Position numbers and translations under genes: made by a program | Assembly (NCBI GenBank): GCA_036507075.1 | Contig: DASXQR010000233.1 | Location: forward strand, 1 to 44,131 | Length of the DNA stretch: 44,131 nt | Direction: 5' to 3' | Source: Acidobacteriota bacterium | GTDB taxonomy: Bacteria > Acidobacteriota > UBA6911 > JACQSX01 | Notes under the pieces: generated by a model | The model's input: only the letters and a program-made list of their open reading frames with translations | What the model was told of the DNA's origin: nothing | Database searches by the model: none | Part shown: one piece after another, positions 19,388-28,973 of the stretch | Layout of the letters: the number at the start of each line of letters is the position of its first letter | Numbering within the stretch: position 1 is the stretch's first letter

Positions 19388-20526
19388 TGCAGCGCGGCAA
19401 AGGCCGGATCGCCATCGTGCAGGAAAGATTCGGCGCCGGCGGACGCGAAAAGGTCGTCGCTGCAATGATCGAGGTCTTGAACTCGATGGGAATCACCCCC
19501 GATGTCATCACGCTGCAGAGCACAATTACCTCCCGGGAGGTGAGTCAACTGTTCGGCAGCCGGATCGATTATAACGTCCTGAAGCTCCCTGATCTTCTTC
19601 CCTCGGTCCTGAGTGGGGCTGAAGCACCTTACACAAACCTGCTGGCAAACCTGTGGACTCGAAAACACGACGGGGTAATCAACTTGAACAGCTCCATGGC
19701 ATTCTGTTCCTCCAGAGTCCCGACTATTTTCTATGTTACCGTTCCCGAGCGGTTCATCGTGCTCAGCCAGCGTGCCGGCAGGGAGGCTGGATTTTGGAGC
19801 CGATGGCGTGACCGCCTGCACCGGGCGTTGGTGCGCAGGTTTGACATTGTGAAGGCCGGGTTTATTGTCGTTTCTCTATGCGAACATACGCGGGATCTTC
19901 TGCAGAGCGTGCATCCAGGTATCGAAACGGCTGTGTTATACCCGCCTGTCGATGCAGCGGTGTTTGAGAACCGAGTGCAGAAAGAAAACATTATCGTCAA
20001 TCTGGGTCGTTACGCGACGCAAAAGCGCCAGCTCGATCTTCTTGCCCAGGCAAAACACCTTCCCGACTATCAGTTCATCTTCATGGGACCTGGACAGGGA
20101 AGCCGATACTTCCAGCGTTGCCGCGATTACGTCAAAGAGCAGGGATTGGCCAATGTGGAGCTTAAGGGGTTGGCGCCCTTGACGGAATTAAGGTCCACTC
20201 TGGCACGGGCCATGTTTTACGTGCACATGTTTCGGTCCGAGCCCTTCGGGATGGCCACTGCCGAAGCCATTGCTGCCGGTTGCATTCCGGTGGTGCCGGA
20301 TAGTTGGGGAAACCGGGAGATCGTGGTGAAACCCGAATTGAGATTCAAGCAGGACCAGGAAATTGTAAGCATCATTCGCAACATCGAAGGCAATCCCGCG
20401 AGGGCGGGGGATTACCGCGCCGACCTTCAAAAACACGTTCAGAAATTCGATAAGGCTGTCTTTACAGTCGAATTTCAACGGCTGGTTGACGAATTGATAA
20501 GCAGCAGCCGGCCGTCGGTAAATTGA
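19387..20526 (+). CDS. Glycosyltransferase, GT4 (ALG11-like)
   Basis: GAGGREKV, VLYPPVD, LGRYATQKRQ, EPFGMATAEAIAAG; start ATG 19387 overlapping the upstream TGA. Confidence 0.85.
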   Translation: MQRGKGRIAIVQERFGAGGREKVVAAMIEVLNSMGITPDVITLQSTITSREVSQLFGSRIDYNVLKLPDLLPSVLSGAEAPYTNLLANLWTRKHDGVINLNSSMAFCSSRVPTIFYVTVPERFIVLSQRAGREAGFWSRWRDRLHRALVRRFDIVKAGFIVVSLCEHTRDLLQSVHPGIETAVLYPPVDAAVFENRVQKENIIVNLGRYATQKRQLDLLAQAKHLPDYQFIFMGPGQGSRYFQRCRDYVKEQGLANVELKGLAPLTELRSTLARAMFYVHMFRSEPFGMATAEAIAAGCIPVVPDSWGNREIVVKPELRFKQDQEIVSIIRNIEGNPARAGDYRADLQKHVQKFDKAVFTVEFQRLVDELISSSRPSVN

Positions 20527-21533
20527 GCGGTGGAATGAAAGACATCTTTTTCGAACGAAACTTCTACTCTGATTTCGAGCAAAGCCCGCTCGTTCTGGTC
20601 GACGTGGGCGCCTCGGGAGGCTTGCAGCCTAAATGGTCCCGCGCAGCGCGGTTCTTGCGTGTTGTCGAATTTGAGCCCGACAAGGACGAGTTTCAGCGCC
20701 TCGTTGCAACCGGCGCTGGAAACATGCGGCGGGTTTTAAACACTGCCCTGTACAAAAGGCAAGGTATGTTGCCGTTCTATCGGACACGGGACCGGCAGTG
20801 GTCATCGATATTGAAACCTAATCACAGGGTGCTGGACAAATTTCCGCACAGCGAAGGCCACGATATCGAACAGGTGGGGGAAATTGAGGTGTCCCCACTG
20901 GACCAGCAACTCACACAGGCGGATATACAGGATGTTGATGTGCTCAAACTGGATACGCAGGGAAGCGAGTTGTTCATCCTGGAAGGAGCGCAGCAGACTT
21001 TGTCCAGAGTGTTCACGGTGGAAGTTGAGGTGGAATTCGTGCCGTTATATGAGGATCAGCCTTTGTTCAGCGATGTAGAAGCATTCCTGAAGAGATTCGG
21101 ATTCCAGCTCTTCGATCTCAACTCCCGCTACTGGAAAAGAAAGGCGGGAAAAGACTGCGGGAATCCCAAAGGCCAGCTTGTCTGTGCCGATGCCCTGTTT
21201 CTCAGAACCTCAGAGAGCTTCTTGTCGATGCTGCAAGCCGGAGGCCGGGCAAATTCCAGGCAGAAGCTGTTGCGCGCTCTCTCGCTGTGCGCGTTTTACG
21301 GTTACATCGACTACGCGCTGGAGTTGCTCGAAGGCAGCAAAGATCTGCTCTCCAAAGAACAAGTCACGCTTTTGGGCCGCATTCTGAAGAATGACATTCC
21401 GATTTCCACCAGAATTCCAAATATGCGGGGCCGCTGGAGAGCGGCAGAGTTTTTCTACCGCCTTTACAAGCTATTCAGACCCACCCGTGGAATTTACAGC
21501 TCCGGCGGCCGGGGGTTGGGAAACGTTGACTAA
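20523..21533 (+). CDS. FkbM family methyltransferase
   Basis: VDVGASGG, FEPD, LKLDTQGSELFILEGA, EVEFVPLYEDQPLF, ADALF; start TTG 20523 or ATG 20535. Confidence 0.88.
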   Translation: MSGGMKDIFFERNFYSDFEQSPLVLVDVGASGGLQPKWSRAARFLRVVEFEPDKDEFQRLVATGAGNMRRVLNTALYKRQGMLPFYRTRDRQWSSILKPNHRVLDKFPHSEGHDIEQVGEIEVSPLDQQLTQADIQDVDVLKLDTQGSELFILEGAQQTLSRVFTVEVEVEFVPLYEDQPLFSDVEAFLKRFGFQLFDLNSRYWKRKAGKDCGNPKGQLVCADALFLRTSESFLSMLQAGGRANSRQKLLRALSLCAFYGYIDYALELLEGSKDLLSKEQVTLLGRILKNDIPISTRIPNMRGRWRAAEFFYRLYKLFRPTRGIYSSGGRGLGNVD

Positions 21534-21538
21534 AAAGC

Positions 21539-21708
21539 TTGAACCGCGAAGAACGCTAAGAACGCTAAGCTCATCATCGGTCCGAACAACCGGCTGACTG
21601 CAAGGACTTAAAAGTTCTGAAGAAGTGTCACGCGCTACGTGCAATAACACTTGGACTGCCGGAGTGAAAAAGAAATTCTTAACGTTCTTCGCGTTCTTGG
21701 CGGTTCAA
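21539..21708. repeat. Inverted 9-mer (AAGAACGCN) repeat element
   Basis: ttgaaccgcgaagaacgctaagaacgctaag (21539-21569) pairs with 21678-21708 at 28/31; lies between convergent genes. Confidence 0.85.
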
Positions 21709-23207
21709 TTTTTTCTCGCGTTCTCAGCCGGCGCAGCGGGCCGCCTCATTACCGTCTGCAGCAGTTCCATAAAAAGATTCTTCTCTTTCCAACCGATGAA
21801 CAGCGCCGCCGCGACTCCGTAAGAGACCAGCAGAACGATGAACTGCGGGAGGCTTCGTGCGAATTTGTGGGCCGCCACTCCTAAAAGCCCCTGCAACGCG
21901 TAGAGAGGCCAGTAGCGGGCGAACAATCTCAGTGCCCTGCGTGGAACACCCGGCAACTGGGATCCCGTTCCAAACAAATGCAGGAAGAACGAGAACAATC
22001 CGACCACAAAGAGCCAGGCGGCGGCTCCCGAGATTCCGAATTTGAAAATCATCGGGAATACGCCCGCAGCGTAGAAGAGGAACTGGAGTGAGCGGAATTT
22101 CGCCTGAAGCTGAGGCATTCCCATTGAGTAATGAAGCGCCTGCCAGGTGAGGGTGAGCAGTTGCAGCCATTCGGCCAGGCAGAGCCAGCGAAGCGGTCCC
22201 ACGATCGGCATCCATTTTTCGCCGAGAAAAAGAGCCACCAGACCTTCCCCGAAAATCGCAAGCCCGATTAACAGCGGAACGCTGACCAGCATGGCCGTTC
22301 GCAGCAGACGAAGGTACGCGCTCTCCAGACGCTCTGAATCCTGGTGTATCTGCGACAGCGCAGGGAATGCCACTGTCGTGAGGAGCTGATCTATTGGACC
22401 CGACAGCATTCCCACCAGGCTCACCGCCAGAGCATAGTAACCATAACGTGCCACCCCCACGACCTTTCCCAAGATGAATTCATTCCCGCGAATCAGGAGA
22501 AAATAGGCGGCCACGGCAAAAAAAATGGCTCTGCCGAACCTGAGGAAAAATTTCAGCCTTTCCAACGAAACCCGTGGAGACGGCCGGAACGGAGCAATCA
22601 GGTAAGAAGTGATCAGCATGGCAGCCCCCTGGCCAAGATGGGCAAATACAAGTGCCCAGACAGAGCGGAGGTACCAGGCCAGGGTAACGGCGACTGCAAA
22701 CCCAACCAGGTTGGAGACCTGATGCACCATTGCCAGTCTGCGGAAATCCAGGGTTCTGTTGAGCCGGACTAGCCCGATGCTTTGCAGGCCGTCGAACAGA
22801 AAACCGAGCGCTACCAGGCGAAGCACAATCACCAACCTCGGTTCATTGAAGAAACGCGCCAACAGGGATGCCAAGGGGAGGAACAACAGAGAAAGTGCCA
22901 GTCCTCTGACCGCGTGCAGCCACCAGGCGGCATTCATGTCCTCCGCTTCGAGATCTTTCTTTTGAATCAGCGCGGTATAGGCGCCCGGGTTGGAAAAAAG
23001 ATTTATCGTGCTGGCCACTGCCAGAGCCAATCCCATCAATCCGAAGTCGAGCGGAGCGAGAAGCTTTGCCAGGATGAAGGTCTTTAGTCCGCCCAGCACC
23101 TTGGTGCCGAAATTATTCAGCAGCGACCAGAAGCCGCCGTACAGAGCGGCTCGCGTAAGAGATCCATCGGCGGGAGGTGCATTGCGTGGGCTGGGAGTCT
23201 TATCCAC
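21705..23207 (-). CDS. wzx: Wzx/PST family polysaccharide flippase
   Basis: LAKLLAPLDFGLMG, ALIQKK, LARFFNEPRL, RTLDFRRL, SVWALV, GYYALA, LFLGEKW; start estimated at GTG 23207 because the ORF-track extension overlaps a repeat and the next gene. Confidence 0.85.
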   Translation of the reverse strand: MDKTPSPRNAPPADGSLTRAALYGGFWSLLNNFGTKVLGGLKTFILAKLLAPLDFGLMGLALAVASTINLFSNPGAYTALIQKKDLEAEDMNAAWWLHAVRGLALSLLFLPLASLLARFFNEPRLVIVLRLVALGFLFDGLQSIGLVRLNRTLDFRRLAMVHQVSNLVGFAVAVTLAWYLRSVWALVFAHLGQGAAMLITSYLIAPFRPSPRVSLERLKFFLRFGRAIFFAVAAYFLLIRGNEFILGKVVGVARYGYYALAVSLVGMLSGPIDQLLTTVAFPALSQIHQDSERLESAYLRLLRTAMLVSVPLLIGLAIFGEGLVALFLGEKWMPIVGPLRWLCLAEWLQLLTLTWQALHYSMGMPQLQAKFRSLQFLFYAAGVFPMIFKFGISGAAAWLFVVGLFSFFLHLFGTGSQLPGVPRRALRLFARYWPLYALQGLLGVAAHKFARSLPQFIVLLVSYGVAAALFIGWKEKNLFMELLQTVMRRPAAPAENARKN

Positions 23208-23236
23208 TGGGGAATCCGGCTGCTGATTCTGAACAT

Positions 23237-23337
23237 CGCATTCACCGCAGAGCCGCCAAGGACGCCAAGTCTCGCAGAGATTAGCGCTGGAATCTCTGCG
23301 GAAACTCAGCGTTCTTTGCGGCTTTGCGGTGAATGCG
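23237..23337. repeat. Long hairpin of the 9-mer repeat family
   Basis: cgcattcaccgcagagccgc / gcggctttgcggtgaatgcg (19/20) outside, cgcagagatt / aatctctgcg inside. Confidence 0.85.
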
Positions 23338-23440
23338 GCGTATCCGTCTCGGGCCCGCTTCGGTTTTAGGCAACACGCACTTGCGTGCGCTGGCTCCGAC
23401 GATAGTGGCGCTTGTCGCGCCGGAAAAATCCAAACTCGAC

Positions 23441-23446
23441 TATAAT
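23441..23446 (+). promoter_or_regulatory. Candidate sigma-70 -10 box for the 23489 gene pair
   Basis: Perfect TATAAT in a divergent gap; no correctly spaced -35 seen. Confidence 0.3.
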
Positions 23447-23488
23447 CCGGAAACGAATTTACAACGCGCGCGCTCCGCTCTCCGTTGA

Positions 23489-24580
23489 ATGAAGATTCTA
23501 ATACTTTGCGATGTTTTGTTTCCACAGACTACGGGCGGCGCCGGTCGTGTTGCTCGAGAACTGGCTCTGGCAATTCGCGATCGTGGCACAGAGGTTCGGT
23601 TCCTCACCCGCCGTGTGCCGGATAAAGCCGCCGATGAGGGAATCCCCACAACTTATCTGCCCAAACCGGGGACCAGTTTTCCGTCTCAGTTTCGCCGTGC
23701 GTTTCGACGCACCGCGGCTGATTTCAAACCGGACATCATTCATGTCCACCAACCGTTGCCTGCCTGGCTGTCCATCCCGCCTGAGTCGTCCTGTCCCATC
23801 GTCTACACCTTTCATTCCTCCTGGCCGGAAGAGCTCAAGGTCAAAGCCTCGCCATGGCCGGCGGCAGTTCGCAGGCTTTGCAGCGTCGTCCTTGCGAATA
23901 TTGAGGCTTCTGTGATCCATCGCGCGGCGGCGGTAACCGTTCTCAGTGAATTCTCCAGCCGTGAAGTGAAAAGACTTTATAGACGTGAGGCAGAAGTTAT
24001 TCCCGGCGGGGTCGACACCGGTCATTTCCGGCCTTCCGGCGTGCCGCCGGCTGGATCCATAAAATTGATCACGCTGCGCAATCTGGTTCCACGCATGGGG
24101 TTGCGGCAACTGGTAAGAGCGATGCCGCTGTTGCCGGCTGAGGTGCATCTTGATATCGGCGGGGAAGGTCCGCTGCGGGGTGAGCTCCGGGCTTTGATTC
24201 AAAGTCTCAAATTAGATACACGCGTGCGCCTGCGTGGCCACATTCCGGATTCGGAACTGCCGGGATTTTATTCGTCGGGACACTGGTTCGTACTGCCGAC
24301 AGCGGCGCTGGAAGGATTTGGTCTGGTGATTCTGGAAAGTCTTGCCTGCGGAACTCCCGTGCTTGGTACGCGTGTGGGCGCGATTCCGGAGCTGCTGCAG
24401 CGATTCAATTCCGCCTGGCTGATTGAAAGATCGACGCCCGACGCCATCGCCGGAACGATCCGTTCCGCACTCGATCAACCCGGGCCGGAACGCGAGGAAT
24501 TGCACCGGCGCATTGAAGCTGAATTCGGCTGGAAGATCATAGCGGCGCAATACCAGCGATTATTTGACGGCCTGTTATGA
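23489..24580 (+). CDS. Glycosyltransferase, GT4 family
   Basis: TGGAGRV, IPGGVD, LRNLVPRMGL, EGFGLVILESLACGTPVLGT. Confidence 0.9.
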   Translation: MKILILCDVLFPQTTGGAGRVARELALAIRDRGTEVRFLTRRVPDKAADEGIPTTYLPKPGTSFPSQFRRAFRRTAADFKPDIIHVHQPLPAWLSIPPESSCPIVYTFHSSWPEELKVKASPWPAAVRRLCSVVLANIEASVIHRAAAVTVLSEFSSREVKRLYRREAEVIPGGVDTGHFRPSGVPPAGSIKLITLRNLVPRMGLRQLVRAMPLLPAEVHLDIGGEGPLRGELRALIQSLKLDTRVRLRGHIPDSELPGFYSSGHWFVLPTAALEGFGLVILESLACGTPVLGTRVGAIPELLQRFNSAWLIERSTPDAIAGTIRSALDQPGPEREELHRRIEAEFGWKIIAAQYQRLFDGLL

Positions 24581-25749
24581 ATTTGCCCGAGCGCCTCAAC
24601 ATCCTGCACGTGCACACGCTTCCCATTATCAGCGGATCGGGCATCAACACGCTGCTGACCATGATTGGCTCGCTCGAGCGCGGTCATGACGTCACCCTGG
24701 CCTGCGCGCCGGGCGGGCGCCTGGTCGAAAAGGCGCGGCAGGCCGGCGTTCGGGTGGAGCCGATCGCAGAACTTGGCAATGAGATCAATCCGGTGCGAGA
24801 CCTGGCAGCCGTCCGGTCGCTTTCCCGGCTGATGAAGCGAGGCAAATACCATCTGGTGCACACTCACAATTCCAAGGCCGGATTCATCGGAAGGCTGGCA
24901 GCCAGGCGCTCAGGCGTCCCAGTGGTGATTCACACCGTGCATGGTTTCGCTTTCCATGACGCGGAATCGAAAATGAGGCGTTTTCTGTTTAGAACGCTCG
25001 AGAGGATGGCGGATCGCTGGTGCGACGGAATGATCTTTATTTCCAGGCCGCTGAAGCAGTGGGCGCAAAAGGAAGGGATTGGTCGAAACTTGCCCCAAGC
25101 GGTCATTTACAGCGGGATCGATGTGAATGCATTTCAGGCAGCCAACGGTTCTGCCTTTCGCAAAGCTTTCGGCATTTCCGATCAGCAGTTGGTTGCGGGA
25201 ATCGTGTCCAAATTGTGGGAGGGAAAGGGACACGACATCCTGCTGCACGCGTGGCGGGAAGTTCTGAACACGGTTCGTAATCACAGCCCCCTGCTGCTGG
25301 TGGTAGGAGAGGGAAACCTGGAACCCTCTTTGAAGGGTTTGGCCGAACGTCTGGGTTTGGGCCATTCCGTGATCTTTACGGGCTTCCAGGAGGATGTGCC
25401 GTCGGCCACCGCCGCTCTCGACGTCTCGGTGTTGCCAAGCCTGTTTGAAGGCATGGGCCGTGTGGTGCTGGAGGCTTTTGCTGCCGGCAAGCCGATGGTA
25501 GCCAGCAAGGTGGGCGGGATTCCTGACCTCCTGAAACACGGGGAAAACGGCTTTCTGGTTGAACCCGGGAATCGGGCTTCTCTTGTCACCGCACTGCGTG
25601 AAATCCTGGCGAATTCCGCCGTACGCGAACGTCTTGCCTCCGGCGCCAGAAACAGCCTGCGACCCGAGCATTCTTCCCGATACATGGTCGAACAGATTCA
25701 TCGCTTCTATAGAGAGGTGGCCCAGGCCAAGTCTGTGTCCTCTGTGTAG
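24577..25749 (+). CDS. Glycosyltransferase, GT4 family
   Basis: VHTHNSKAGFIGR, HTVHG, KGHD, EGMGRVVLEAFAAGKPMVASKVGG. Confidence 0.92.
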   Translation: MNLPERLNILHVHTLPIISGSGINTLLTMIGSLERGHDVTLACAPGGRLVEKARQAGVRVEPIAELGNEINPVRDLAAVRSLSRLMKRGKYHLVHTHNSKAGFIGRLAARRSGVPVVIHTVHGFAFHDAESKMRRFLFRTLERMADRWCDGMIFISRPLKQWAQKEGIGRNLPQAVIYSGIDVNAFQAANGSAFRKAFGISDQQLVAGIVSKLWEGKGHDILLHAWREVLNTVRNHSPLLLVVGEGNLEPSLKGLAERLGLGHSVIFTGFQEDVPSATAALDVSVLPSLFEGMGRVVLEAFAAGKPMVASKVGGIPDLLKHGENGFLVEPGNRASLVTALREILANSAVRERLASGARNSLRPEHSSRYMVEQIHRFYREVAQAKSVSSV

Positions 25750-25752
25750 CAC

Positions 25753-26025
25753 GTTGGCAACTTCTTGTTTTTTTTGACGAGATTTCAGAAAAGACAAAAG
25801 CCGATCACGTCAACGTCCACGTTTAGCGTCTACGTCCACGTGCACGTCAATGTCCACAAGACGTCCAAATGCTGCTTGAAGGAATTCAGTGCTTGAACAT
25901 CTTGGTTGACAAGAGTGAGATTTGCGACTTTTTTCGTGCGGGTGGAGGTGGTCGTTGACGTCTATCGTTGACGTGCACCTGGCCGTCCTCGGCTTTTTGT
26001 TTGGTTGCGGCCTACGGCTGCGCTG
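25753..26025 (-). mobile_element. GTnnAC-hexamer element (family C)
   Basis: Homologous to 14337-14685 (inverted); enclosed by 16-bp IR tctgtgtcctctgtgt (25732-25747) / acacagaggacacgga (26028-26043). Confidence 0.85.
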
Positions 26026-26117
26026 AGACACAGAGGACACGGAGAATATGCGTGATTTCAGTCAGGAATGAGGCATAAATCACAGCCTGATCAAGACTTT
26101 GGGTTTATATTAGGTTC

Positions 26118-27281
26118 GTGCAAGCCCATCCGGAAATCGCCATCTACGGCTTTCTTTTCATCTTCTCGTTTTTCGTCACACTCGCTTCAGTGCCTATGAG
26201 CATCCAACTGGCCGGCCGGCTGCGAGCGCTGGATTATCCCGCCGAGCGGAAAGTCCACGGCACCCCGGTGCCCCGGCTGGGCGGCCTGGCGGTCTTTGCG
26301 GGCGTCTGGCTTGCCATCCTGGCAGGAAGCGGCTTCAATTCTTATCTGCGCGAAGGAATGCGGTCCATTCTGGGTATCGTGATCGGTTCACTGGTGATCG
26401 TGGGTCTCGGTATTGTCGATGACATTCACAATGCAAAACCACTGGCGAAACTGGCCGTACAGATCGTGGCGGCGGGAATTGCGGTTGCTATGGGAATTCG
26501 CTTTGAGCTCGCTTCCAATCCGCTGGCCAATGCCATGCGGGACTCATTCGATCTCGGAATCCTGGGGATTCCCTTGTCGATTTTGTGGATCATCGCGCTG
26601 ACCAACGCCATGAATCTGATCGACGGGCTGGATGGTCTGGCGACCGGTATTGCGATGTTTACGTCGATTGCGCTGTTCCTGATATCAATTAAGCAGGGTG
26701 CCGGCGTCGTGACATACTTTTATGCGGCGATCGCGGGAGCCACGCTGGCATTTCTCAAATATAACCACCATCCGGCCCGGGTTTTTTTGGGCGACAGCGG
26801 CTCAACCTTTCTCGGCTTCCTGCTCGCCTGTCTTTCCATCAAAGGCGCTCAGAAAAGCTACACGTTGACGGCCGTCTTTATTCCACTGATTGTCTTCGGC
26901 ATCCCGATTTTTGATTCCATAACTTCCCTGGTGCGGCGATATCTCGGCAAGCAGAAGGTGCACCATGCCGATTCGCACCACATCCACCATCGCCTGCTGC
27001 GCGCCGGCCTGAACCAAAAACAGGTAGTGTTTCTGTTATATGCAATCACTATTTTTCTTGGGATCATCGGGTTCTGCTTTACCGTTTTGCTCGACGAGTA
27101 CGCGGCTGTAATTGTGATCATTATCGGGTGGATCGCCGGGTTTACCGCCAAGGAGCTGGACCTTTTCGGAAGGCAGAGAAGGCAAATGGAAAGAGAAAAG
27201 GGCCTGACAGCGGGGACGGAGGAAGAATCGCACGAGAACGTGACCGAGGTTTCCAAGAGAGCGGCCCTTCAGAAACGGTGA
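26118..27281 (+). CDS. wecA: Undecaprenyl-phosphate GlcNAc-1-phosphate transferase (WecA/TagO, MraY superfamily)
   Basis: PRLGGLA, GIVDD, NAMNLIDGLDGLA, PARVFLGDSGS, HIHHRLL. Confidence 0.9.
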   Translation: MQAHPEIAIYGFLFIFSFFVTLASVPMSIQLAGRLRALDYPAERKVHGTPVPRLGGLAVFAGVWLAILAGSGFNSYLREGMRSILGIVIGSLVIVGLGIVDDIHNAKPLAKLAVQIVAAGIAVAMGIRFELASNPLANAMRDSFDLGILGIPLSILWIIALTNAMNLIDGLDGLATGIAMFTSIALFLISIKQGAGVVTYFYAAIAGATLAFLKYNHHPARVFLGDSGSTFLGFLLACLSIKGAQKSYTLTAVFIPLIVFGIPIFDSITSLVRRYLGKQKVHHADSHHIHHRLLRAGLNQKQVVFLLYAITIFLGIIGFCFTVLLDEYAAVIVIIIGWIAGFTAKELDLFGRQRRQMEREKGLTAGTEEESHENVTEVSKRAALQKR

Positions 27282-27322
27282 TCGCGTTACCCGGGGAACA
27301 GGAGGAGGATTTTACGGCGGAA

Positions 27323-27371
27323 GCTTGGTGTCTTGGTGGTAAAAAAAAATTGAACCACCAAGGCACCAAGC
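27323..27371. repeat. 9-mer family hairpin
   Basis: gcttggtgtcttggtggt-A9ttga-accaccaaggcaccaagc (17/18); near-identical direct copy at 30678-30717. Confidence 0.85.
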
Positions 27372-28972
27372 CGGACTTTCCATCTGTCAGATTCTCCGCC
27401 GTCCTTCTCTGCGGAATCTACTGCGCTTCCGTCGGTGGGCTGCAGTCTCTGCGCGCTTCTGCCGCCCTCATCAATCGTCCAACAGAGACGGTTATTCAGG
27501 GCCGCGACATCGGAATTCCCGGTAAAGGTGAGCAAGGCGTTTCTTCCGTCTCGTTTGAATCGCGTCAAGGTTACAGGCCGCTGGTGGCGGCTCTTCACGT
27601 TCACTCTCGCTTCAGCAACGGCCAATACGATGTCTTTGAGCTGGCAGCTTATGCCCACCAGAGAAATCTCGACGTTCTAGGTCTGACCGATTCCTTTCTG
27701 ACGCGAATTCGATACGGCCTGCCTCCAGCGAGGAAATTCCTTTCTCTCGTTATTTCGAGGGATTCGATTTCCAGTCATGGAATTGAAAAGTACTTCTCCG
27801 ACGTCAGGGTCGCACAGCAAAGGTTCAGCGGCGTGGTGCTGCTGCCCGGTCTTGAGGTCGCGCCCTATTACTACTGGCGTGGCAGCCTGACAGGTGGGCT
27901 GCGCCTGTTCGATTTTGACAGGCACCTGGTCCTCTTCGGCCTGCACGACCCTGAAGTGGTTCGTAATCTGCCGGTAATCGAAAACGACACAACCGGGAAT
28001 ATCTCGCTGGACTGGGAACGACTGGCAGGCCCGGTTCTGACGGCGCTGTGCGGCGTCCTGCTGCTTCTGGCAAGAAGAGAGCGAGTTGTCAAACTGCAAT
28101 TCTTCACACTCCGAAGGCGCCGCCGGTTCCCGTGGACGGGCGTTCTGTGCCTGGCGGTTGCGGGCGTGTGGGCTTATCGAGAATATCCGTTCGGCAGTGT
28201 GGCTGATCCATATTCCGGGAGGCACCAGTCTGTCCCCTATCAGAGGGTGATTGATTATGCGGCCCGTCATCGGGGAATAGTGTTTTGGAGCTATCCCGAA
28301 GCCCGTTACTCGGATGTGAAGATGAGCGGCGCGCGCATGATCAGCGACAGCCACCCGGAAGATTTGGCTTCTACAGACGGTTACCGCGGTTTTGAGGGGA
28401 TTTATGGCGACCGAATCAGCATCACGCAACCGGGTAATGTCTGGGATCAGCTCTTGATGGAATTCCTGCGCGGCGAGCGCCGGTCATGGCCCTCGGTGAT
28501 CACCGGAATTGACTTTCATTCTTTTCGCGGCGGCGGATGGTACGAGCTTGATCGCGGCCAGACGATCCTCTGGGCCGACGAAAAAACAGAGCGCGCCGTG
28601 CTCGACGCGCTGCGCGCGGGGCGCGGCTATGCGGCGTTCCAGGCCCGCCCGGCTGGAGATCTGCAGCTTCAAACCTTCACGGTCAGCTCGGGCGACCGGA
28701 CCGCACTGGCAGGAGAGGTTCTTGAAGCAGGCCGGGATGTCACGCTTACCGCGTCGATCGACTGGAAGACTGCGGCGAATTTCGACGATGGCGGCTCCGG
28801 CAGATTGCTCCTGATCCGAGACGGGAAGTTGATTGCGGAAATCGGGACGAGCCTGCCCGCGCGGCTGGAAAAAAAAGAGACACTGGCGCCGGGAAGGCAT
28901 TATTATCGATTACGGTTCGATTACGAAAGCTACCAGATCTTGTCCAACCCGATTTTTGTGACCGTAAAATAG
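27350..28972 (+). CDS. PHP-fold (CehA/McbA-like) metallohydrolase with internal TM hairpin
   Basis: ALHVHSRFSNG, LGLTD, LLPGLEV, GIDFH, LDALRAGRGY, C-terminal beta domain ending SNPIFV; start uncertain (GTG 27278 or TTG 27350). Confidence 0.65.
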   Translation: MNHQGTKPDFPSVRFSAVLLCGIYCASVGGLQSLRASAALINRPTETVIQGRDIGIPGKGEQGVSSVSFESRQGYRPLVAALHVHSRFSNGQYDVFELAAYAHQRNLDVLGLTDSFLTRIRYGLPPARKFLSLVISRDSISSHGIEKYFSDVRVAQQRFSGVVLLPGLEVAPYYYWRGSLTGGLRLFDFDRHLVLFGLHDPEVVRNLPVIENDTTGNISLDWERLAGPVLTALCGVLLLLARRERVVKLQFFTLRRRRRFPWTGVLCLAVAGVWAYREYPFGSVADPYSGRHQSVPYQRVIDYAARHRGIVFWSYPEARYSDVKMSGARMISDSHPEDLASTDGYRGFEGIYGDRISITQPGNVWDQLLMEFLRGERRSWPSVITGIDFHSFRGGGWYELDRGQTILWADEKTERAVLDALRAGRGYAAFQARPAGDLQLQTFTVSSGDRTALAGEVLEAGRDVTLTASIDWKTAANFDDGGSGRLLLIRDGKLIAEIGTSLPARLEKKETLAPGRHYYRLRFDYESYQILSNPIFVTVK

Positions 28973-28973
28973 G

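Noticed and set aside
23208..23525. 106-aa N-terminal extension of wzx in the ORF track
   Set aside because: It runs through a repeat hairpin and overlaps the divergent GT start; Wzx similarity begins after it.
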